From: Patescibacteria group bacterium
GTDB taxonomy: Bacteria > Patescibacteriota > Patescibacteriia > UBA2591 > UBA6264
Assembly (NCBI GenBank): GCA_028713575.1
Contig: JAQTOB010000005.1
Location: forward strand, 26,978 to 58,977
Reading direction: 5' to 3'
Length of the DNA stretch: 32,000 nucleotides
This document shows, piece by piece, positions 8,760 through 15,117 of the stretch. Below the pieces are notes generated by a model, which was not told the origin of the DNA, searched no databases, and saw only the letters and a list, made by a program, of their open reading frames with translations. The first letter of the stretch is position 1; the number at the start of each line of letters is the position of its first letter. Position numbers and translations under genes: made by a program.

Positions 8760-10667
8760 TTAAAGAGAGAAATATTCTTTAAATATTTCTTGAGCCGCAG
8801 GAACGGCTATCTCCGACCCCTCGCCGCCGTTTTCAATTAAAACCGTCACCACTATTTCCGGATTATTATAAGGAGCAAATCCTGAAAACCAAGCATGGGA
8901 ATTTTTATTTCCTCCAACTTGAGCCGTTCCAGTTTTCCCCGCTATCTCCACGGATAAAGTTGAAAGTCTTCTAGCGCTTCCTTGCGTAACCGTAGCGCGC
9001 AATCCTTTTTTTATTAAATCCAAATGTTTTGTGTCAATAAAATTTTTTCTAATGATTTCCGAAGAAATCAACGTTCTTTTTTTTGTTTCCGAATCGTTTA
9101 TCTCTTTAACCAAACGAGGCTTAAACAGAACTCCACCATTAGCAATTACTGCCATATAATTTGCAACTTGGAGGGGAGTAACAAGAAGGTCGCCCTGACC
9201 AATAGACAAATGATAAGTATCGCCAATGTACCAAATTTCTCCCTTCACTTTTTGTTTCCAAGCGGGCGTAGCCACGAGTCCTTGATTTTCGTTTGGCAAA
9301 TCAATTCCTGTTTTTTGATTCAAGCCAAATAATTTGGCATAATAATTGATTTTTTCTTCTCCCAGGCCCTGAAAATCTCCGTATCCGCCGCCAAGATAAT
9401 AAAAAAAAGTATTTACTGATTCAGCCAAAGCTTTTATTAAGTCTGTCGGTCCATGACCGCCTTGTTTCCAATCAGCAAAAAACCATTTTCCTACCCAGAA
9501 TCCGCCTTGGGAAAAAATAGAAGTCTTTTCGTTAATAATGCCCTCTGCTAAAGCGCCAGCCGCAATAATGGGCTTAATAACCGAGCCTGAAGGATATTCT
9601 CCGGAAATGGCGCGAAAAACCAAGGGGTCATTAATATCATTTAAATAATCTTCTATTTCTCCTTGGATAAAAGAATTATTATCGTATGAAGGATAAGAAT
9701 AAAGAGCCAAAACTTCTCCGTTTTGAGGATTAAGAACAACGACTGTTCCGGCCATGCTGTTGCTTAATTTTAAATATTTTTTTAAAATATTCGCGACTTT
9801 GCTTTGTAAATTGGCGTCAATAGATAAAATTAAATCTTTTCCTGTCTGAGCGGAAACTTGAGAAATAATTTTTTTCTCCTTGCCTAAAGAATTAACTTCT
9901 ATTTTCTTTTGTCCGTCCTTTCCTTTTAACAAATCTTCGTAATAAAATTCCAAACCCGTTTTCCCAATAACATCTGTCATTAAATAATTTGATTTTTGAA
10001 TTAAATCCTCCTGACTTAATTTGCCGGTATAACCCAAAATATGAGATACATCAACATTTAAATATTGTCTTTCTGCTTTAATTTGCAAATTGAAGCCAGG
10101 CAATTCATTTGTCTTCAAAACTAAATCAAAGGCGGTTTGATAATCTATATTTCTTAATAATTCTGTTTCCTGATATGAGCTTGGGGAAAATCTGGACACT
10201 TTCTCTTTTAATTCTAATAAAGATTTTTTTTCCGGTTCTAAAAAAGAAATTAATTTCTCTAAAACTTCTTTTTTCTCTTGTTCGCCTTTCGGCAAATCTC
10301 CGGGAATAACGGTTAAGGAAAAATTGGCCTTATTTTTGACCAACGGCCGATTAAAACGATCATAAATCAGTCCGCGATCAGCCTTTAGGGGCAAAATTCT
10401 TATCCTGTTCCCTTCTGCTATGTTGCGATATTCTTCTCCTTTGGTGATTTGTAGCCAAAAAAGGCGGAAAAATAAAATCAACATTAAAACAAAAACAAAA
10501 ATAAAGAAAAAATAAATCCTTCCTTTTTTCACCGGTGGCGCTAAGGCCGCCTTTTCCGGCACTTCACTGGGTAAATAGCCGCCCTCTTCCAAACGATTTG
10601 AAAAATTCGGAATTTTTCTGTCTTTAATTTTCTGATCTGATGTTTGAATAAGAAAAGGGTCTTTCAT
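8760..10667 (-). CDS. mrdA: Penicillin-binding protein 2 / peptidoglycan D,D-transpeptidase
   Basis: 635 aa. It has an N-terminal TM anchor, a PBP dimerisation region and the transpeptidase motifs S-V-I-K (SGSVIKP), S-V-N (AESVNTFF) and KTGTA. It lies directly downstream of mreC-mreD. Confidence 0.85.
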   Translation of the reverse strand: MKDPFLIQTSDQKIKDRKIPNFSNRLEEGGYLPSEVPEKAALAPPVKKGRIYFFFIFVFVLMLILFFRLFWLQITKGEEYRNIAEGNRIRILPLKADRGLIYDRFNRPLVKNKANFSLTVIPGDLPKGEQEKKEVLEKLISFLEPEKKSLLELKEKVSRFSPSSYQETELLRNIDYQTAFDLVLKTNELPGFNLQIKAERQYLNVDVSHILGYTGKLSQEDLIQKSNYLMTDVIGKTGLEFYYEDLLKGKDGQKKIEVNSLGKEKKIISQVSAQTGKDLILSIDANLQSKVANILKKYLKLSNSMAGTVVVLNPQNGEVLALYSYPSYDNNSFIQGEIEDYLNDINDPLVFRAISGEYPSGSVIKPIIAAGALAEGIINEKTSIFSQGGFWVGKWFFADWKQGGHGPTDLIKALAESVNTFFYYLGGGYGDFQGLGEEKINYYAKLFGLNQKTGIDLPNENQGLVATPAWKQKVKGEIWYIGDTYHLSIGQGDLLVTPLQVANYMAVIANGGVLFKPRLVKEINDSETKKRTLISSEIIRKNFIDTKHLDLIKKGLRATVTQGSARRLSTLSVEIAGKTGTAQVGGNKNSHAWFSGFAPYNNPEIVVTVLIENGGEGSEIAVPAAQEIFKEYFSL

Positions 10668-10687
10668 TACATTTTATATTAATTATT

Positions 10688-11218
10688 TTAAATTCTAATT
10701 TTAGAAAATTTAATCAAATTCAATGCCCAAAAAAGAAAAACAATCAACAAACCATTTAAAACAATTGCTTGGAAAACATTTAGCCAATAAAATCCGTTAA
10801 AATAAATTTGGGGAATCGTTGACTGGAAAAAAGAAGAAATAAAAATAAAAAAAGAAATTAAAAATTGATAAATAAAACCCGCGACAAGGCCAAAAATTAA
10901 GACGCTTAAAATTTTATTGGTGTTAAATTTCAATAAAAAAAATCTTTTTGAAAGATAAGTGACCGTTAATAGGCTTAAAAAAAACGTTCCGGGAAAAAAA
11001 ATAGAATAACAATCCAATAAAAATCCGCCAATAATGGCGGTAAAAAAAACATATCTTATTTTTTGTGAAAAAAAATCTTTATCTTTGCTGGCTTTAAGTA
11101 AAAAAACCATTATAAAAATAAAAATAAAAGAAACTCCTAAAGGAATAATAGGCAAGGAAATTTCCAGAAGAAAAATAATAAAAATAAGAATAATTAAAAA
11201 AACAAAATTGAAAAACAT
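10688..11218 (-). CDS. mreD: Rod shape-determining protein MreD (putative)
   Basis: 176-aa polytopic membrane protein. It starts 5 nt after mreC and ends 20 nt before pbp2. The call rests mainly on position and size. Confidence 0.6.
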   Translation of the reverse strand: MFFNFVFLIILIFIIFLLEISLPIIPLGVSFIFIFIMVFLLKASKDKDFFSQKIRYVFFTAIIGGFLLDCYSIFFPGTFFLSLLTVTYLSKRFFLLKFNTNKILSVLIFGLVAGFIYQFLISFFIFISSFFQSTIPQIYFNGFYWLNVFQAIVLNGLLIVFLFWALNLIKFSKIRI

Positions 11219-11223
11219 GTTAT

Positions 11224-11976
11224 TTAAAAAGGTAAAATTACGGAAACTATCTTGAAATCTGTTTGGAAAAGCGGTCTAATAAGGATTTCTTGAAAAATAG
11301 CATTGGGCTTTTTGTCAATTTCCGCCACTTGACCAATAATTATCCCCCAACGAATATTGTCCTGTCCGGAGGTAATCACTCCGTCGCCTATTTTAATTTC
11401 TTTATCTAAAGGAACGTATTTCATTTTTAAATTTAGGCCATATTCGCCTTGAATAATCCCGGAAATGGTCTCTGATTTTTCATTTTTTTTTGAAGAACCA
11501 ATATCTGTTAAAAATTCCTGAGAAATAATATCGGCGGCGATTGACAAATGTTGATCAAAAATCGGATGAAAATATGAGACCTCTTTTTCCACTTTATTAA
11601 TTATCCCTATTAAAACTCCATTTTCGTCCAAAACCGCTAATCCTGACCTTAATCCTTGTTTTTCTCCCCGGTCTAACAAAAACCAAGTAATCCCGGATTC
11701 CGTTCGCCGGCCAATAACATTGGCCATAATAAATTTATCTTTTGATTTAGTTAAAAAATCAAGGTATTCTCTTAAAATTTCATTTTCTAATTGTGTATTT
11801 TTTAATTGAACGTTCTCTATTTTAATCTGCCGGCAAAAATCATCTTCAATTTCTCCTCTATTGGATTGATAAAGCAATTTCTGCTCTGGTTTTAAAATTA
11901 TATAAAAAAGATTCTCTCCTTTTAGAAGAAAAATAATAAAAAATAAAAAAATAACAAAAATAAAATATTTTCTCAT
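11224..11976 (-). CDS. mreC: Rod shape-determining protein MreC
   Basis: 250 aa. It has an N-terminal TM, a coiled-coil segment, and MreC beta-barrel motifs (IGDGVITSGQD..., GIIIGQVAEI). Confidence 0.8.
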   Translation of the reverse strand: MRKYFIFVIFLFFIIFLLKGENLFYIILKPEQKLLYQSNRGEIEDDFCRQIKIENVQLKNTQLENEILREYLDFLTKSKDKFIMANVIGRRTESGITWFLLDRGEKQGLRSGLAVLDENGVLIGIINKVEKEVSYFHPIFDQHLSIAADIISQEFLTDIGSSKKNEKSETISGIIQGEYGLNLKMKYVPLDKEIKIGDGVITSGQDNIRWGIIIGQVAEIDKKPNAIFQEILIRPLFQTDFKIVSVILPF

Positions 11977-12155
11977 AAAAATAAATCTCTTTGTTGTATT
12001 AAGTACTTTTTTGGCAATCCAAATTAGTCAATATTCAACTATTTTTTAAAAATTGTCCTAAAGCCCTGTGCTGATGCGGGTTATAGAAAGGCAAATTCCG
12101 GAAACAGTCCCCTTTTAACAGGCCCCCTTTTAATGGTTCTCTTTTGACAAATCAC

Positions 12156-14279
12156 CTATTGAATCTGTGAAGTAGTGACGTTGCTGTTAATTATCGGTCC
12201 GTCTGGATAAACTTCATCAACGGAAATTTCAATCACCTCCTCCCACTTAAATCCCAAGTTTTCAAATATTTCACCTGAAGCAAAAACTCTTTTTTGTCCT
12301 TCTTGTATTAAATAAACGCCAGGCTGGTCAGGATACTTGATTAAAGTTCCGTTTAAACGACCAATAATTAATTCTCCGTCAATATAAGTTTCAGTATCAG
12401 GGATTTCAATTATATCTTCCCACTTAAATCCAAGCTTTTCAAATATTTCACCCGAAGCAAAAGCTCTTTTTTTATTGCTTTCAAGAAAATAAACGCCAGG
12501 TTGGTCAGAATACTTAATTAAAGTCCCGTCTGGCCGACCTTGGGGCTGAACAACAAACTGAAAACTATTAATCAACATTTCAAATGTCGTTTTAAAATTG
12601 GCTTCTTCCTCGGTTCCAACATTATAAGAAATGATGTATATTTTATTGTCCTTGTTAATATAAATTGTTGAATGTTCCGGATTCCAAACCGCTTCTTGAG
12701 TATTAACTAAGGTTGGATACAATGATGATTCGTCAACATGCGGCGATTGTCTTAAATACCAGTCCCGAGGAGATAAATTTTCCGGATTATTTTCCACAGT
12801 CACAGAAAAAAATTCTCCGGTATTGGTAATAACTAAAATTTCCTGATTATCAGTTTCAGGAATAGCTCGAGCCAGCCAAGAAGCGGGATAAAAGAAACTA
12901 TATGAATAGGTCGGATTAGTATAAACATTAATCAGACCCGAAGCCGCTAATGTAATTTCATTTATCTGTGTGGGGTCATTTAAATTGATTATTTCCTGGC
13001 CATCGGGATTACCGTCAATATCTGAATCGGGATTATTGATTTCTGTTTTAAAAACTCCTTCTTCCACATCTGTTAATCCGTCTTTGTCTGTATCAAGACT
13101 GGCCGGAATGTTAGGGGCAATTTGAAAAGTTTCCGCTTTGGGCAAGGTTTTTTCTTTTTCAATAATAATCGCCCAGATATCAGCCGGTAAATGTTCCAAA
13201 TCATTAATAATCAATGTTGTTTTATCTTCGCTAAAAAACGAAGGAACAGTTGTCCAAATATCATCTTTAAAATATCCAATTGCCAGGTCTGATTGCCATT
13301 CTTCTTCTATTAAATCTTGGGTGTAAAAAATCTTTAAATTACAGGGTTTTTTAAAAACCAAATCTACAACTTCTTGTGTTTCTTCTTCCTCTAATTTTTG
13401 CGCAAAAAATCTATAAAGACCGCCAATTATCTTATAATCTTTTTCATATTCTTCGGTTAATGGTTCTGTCTCCATACTTAATCCCACGTCCGAATCCATG
13501 GCGTCTTCTGGTAAATAAAATTCGGCAAAAGAAACAACTTCTTCTGTTTCATTTTTAAATTCTTTAATTAATGTTTTTTCTAAAAAAATGGGTTCTTCTT
13601 CTATTTCTTCTTCTATTTCTTCTTCTAATAATTCTTCTTTGGGTTTTTCTGTTTCTTCTCCAGATTCTTCTGTTTCTTCCTCTGGTAAAACCGTTTCTCC
13701 GCTTATTTCTTCTGTTTCCGCGACTGGTTTGACTTCTGTTTTAGGAGAGAAGAATCCCCTGGTCCATAAATAAAAACCAGCGACGCCGATAATAATTAAA
13801 AATAAAACTAAAATAATAATCAAAAAATTCAATTTTCCCCCTTTTTTACCCGGCATTTTTGATTTTGTTTTTTTAAATTTATCAGACATGACATATAATT
13901 CTTCCTCTGTGGAGCCGCCTGTTTTTGTTGCCGTTTCAATAATCTCCCTTTTTGCCGCTTCTGGCGTATCAAACTGGGATGTTGGCATGGATTCCATTGG
14001 TTTAGGGCTTTGAGATGCGGGAGCTGAAGATGATATCTCGGCCAAACTCATATCTTCTTGAATAGAAGATGTCTGATTTGAAAAACTTTGTTCAGCCGGC
14101 AATTCCGGAGATGCTTGTTCCGGTATCATCTGTTCTGTTAAAGGCGAAGATTCTTTTGAAACAGAAGCATTGTCCTGGATTGTTGGATTTGATTCCTGAG
14201 ACGGCGGAGTTATTTGAGCATTGGCCGGACCAGGTTGATTAGATGTTAATGGATTTGTTTGTTGGTCTTCTTCAAACAT
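12156..14279 (-). CDS. Single-pass membrane protein with a low-complexity N-terminus, an acidic linker, TSP3-type Ca-binding motifs and a duplicated C-terminal domain
   Basis: 707 aa. About 158 aa at the N-terminus are P/S/Q/E-rich. A TM follows (LNFLIIILVLFLIIIGVAGFYLW), then an E-rich linker (EETEESGEETEKPKEELLEEEIEEEIEEE). The motifs DTDKDGLTDVEE and DSDIDGNPDG are present, and two ~58-aa repeats sit at the C-terminus. Confidence 0.85.
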   Translation of the reverse strand: MFEEDQQTNPLTSNQPGPANAQITPPSQESNPTIQDNASVSKESSPLTEQMIPEQASPELPAEQSFSNQTSSIQEDMSLAEISSSAPASQSPKPMESMPTSQFDTPEAAKREIIETATKTGGSTEEELYVMSDKFKKTKSKMPGKKGGKLNFLIIILVLFLIIIGVAGFYLWTRGFFSPKTEVKPVAETEEISGETVLPEEETEESGEETEKPKEELLEEEIEEEIEEEPIFLEKTLIKEFKNETEEVVSFAEFYLPEDAMDSDVGLSMETEPLTEEYEKDYKIIGGLYRFFAQKLEEEETQEVVDLVFKKPCNLKIFYTQDLIEEEWQSDLAIGYFKDDIWTTVPSFFSEDKTTLIINDLEHLPADIWAIIIEKEKTLPKAETFQIAPNIPASLDTDKDGLTDVEEGVFKTEINNPDSDIDGNPDGQEIINLNDPTQINEITLAASGLINVYTNPTYSYSFFYPASWLARAIPETDNQEILVITNTGEFFSVTVENNPENLSPRDWYLRQSPHVDESSLYPTLVNTQEAVWNPEHSTIYINKDNKIYIISYNVGTEEEANFKTTFEMLINSFQFVVQPQGRPDGTLIKYSDQPGVYFLESNKKRAFASGEIFEKLGFKWEDIIEIPDTETYIDGELIIGRLNGTLIKYPDQPGVYLIQEGQKRVFASGEIFENLGFKWEEVIEISVDEVYPDGPIINSNVTTSQIQ
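12189..12539 (-). repeat. Tandem in-frame duplication (two ~58-aa units) at the C-terminus of the 707-aa protein
   Basis: The units are GRPDGTLIKYSDQPGVYFLESNKKRAFASGEIFEKLGFKWEDIIEIPDTETYIDGELII (12363-12539) and GRLNGTLIKYPDQPGVYLIQEGQKRVFASGEIFENLGFKWEEVIEISVDEVYPDGPII (12189-12362). DNA similarity is clearly visible, for example ttttcaaatatttcacc(t/c)gaagcaaaa. Confidence 0.85.
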
Positions 14280-14365
14280 AAGCGCTTTATTAAATTAAAT
14301 TAAAAATGTAAATATTAAAGATTAAAATGACAGTGTTAAAATTTAAAAATCAAAAATTTAAATAG

Positions 14366-14468
14366 AATTAACCTAATTAACCTAATTTCTAATTGACCTA
14401 ATAAAATCTCAATTATTAGAATAATTAGGTTAATTAAAATAATTAGAATAATTTAGGTGAGGTTAATT
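14366..14468. repeat. Array of direct and inverted copies of a 13-bp AATTAACCTAATT motif in the spacer between the 191-aa and 707-aa genes
   Basis: AATTAACCTAATT occurs at 14366-14378 and 14375-14387 (overlapping). A degenerate AATTGACCTAAT lies at 14391-14402. The inverted copy AATTAGGTTAATT lies at 14423-14435. A degenerate inverted copy, AGGTTAATT, lies at 14460-14468. Confidence 0.6.
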
Positions 14469-14518
14469 TTAATCTTGCTTTCTTTTTTCCTTCCCTTGCT
14501 GTTTTTAGTTTTTACTCT

Positions 14519-15094
14519 TTATTCTAATTTTTCAATTTCTTTTTGCAAATCAAATAATTTTGCTTCCGGGTCGGAATTATTCGGATTTTTATTCTGTCTC
14601 ACCTCTTCTCCGTCTTTGATCCCGTCCCCGTCGCTATCTTGATCCCAAGGATCGGTCAGATAAATCCTGACTTCTTCCTTGTCCGAAAGCCCATCATCGT
14701 CCGTATCAAAATCTTCTTGGTCGGTTCCCAGTTCTTGTTCTTCTGAATCAGTTAAGCCGTCGTTATCGGTATCAATATCTTCTTTTGAAATTTCCGTAAC
14801 AGCCGGGGTAGTGGTAACGAAAGCCCCTTGTTCTTCAATTAATGTTTCTATTTCTGTTTCTCTTGTCATTCCCGATTTCTTGAAGAAGAAAAACCAAGTC
14901 CCTAAAACCAGTAAAACCAAGACAATAAAAATAACTAAAATTTTTATAATGACCCTGAAATCAAATCTTTTTTTAAACTTTGGTTCTTGCTTCCGCGTTT
15001 GAATTGATTGTCCTTCAATCTGGGTAACAGAAGTTTTGGCTTCTACTTCCACTTCACTGAAAATATCCTCGGTTTTATTTTGTTGATTAAGCAT
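14519..15094 (-). CDS. Single-pass membrane protein with three TSP3-type Ca-binding repeats
   Basis: 191 aa. A TM (IIKILVIFIVLVLLVLGTWFFFF) is followed by DIDTDNDGLTDSEE, DFDTDDDGLSDKEE and DQDSDGDGIKDGEE. The gene starts only 23 nt after the stop of the giant gene. Confidence 0.8.
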   Translation of the reverse strand: MLNQQNKTEDIFSEVEVEAKTSVTQIEGQSIQTRKQEPKFKKRFDFRVIIKILVIFIVLVLLVLGTWFFFFKKSGMTRETEIETLIEEQGAFVTTTPAVTEISKEDIDTDNDGLTDSEEQELGTDQEDFDTDDDGLSDKEEVRIYLTDPWDQDSDGDGIKDGEEVRQNKNPNNSDPEAKLFDLQKEIEKLE

Positions 15095-15117
15095 ATATTT
15101 TATATTTTATTTGTTCT

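Noticed and set aside
11977-12155. A relatively GC-richer 179-nt spacer between the 707-aa gene stop and the mreC start, considered as a possible small RNA or terminator
   Set aside because: I could find only 3-5-bp stems (for example CCC...GGG and AAAGG...CCTTT). There is no convincing hairpin with a U-tract, no tRNA-like fold and no recognisable motif, so there is not enough to call a feature.
4490-14642. Plus-strand ORFs of 60-107 aa antisense to recJ, pbp2, mreD and the 707/191-aa genes: 4490-4723, 9024-9332, 10109-10309, 11034-11255, 13138-13773 and 14457-15002
   Set aside because: Each is fully or largely contained in a longer, motif-supported minus-strand CDS. Their compositions are low-complexity (S-rich or K/I-rich), mirroring the E-rich or F-rich sense strand.
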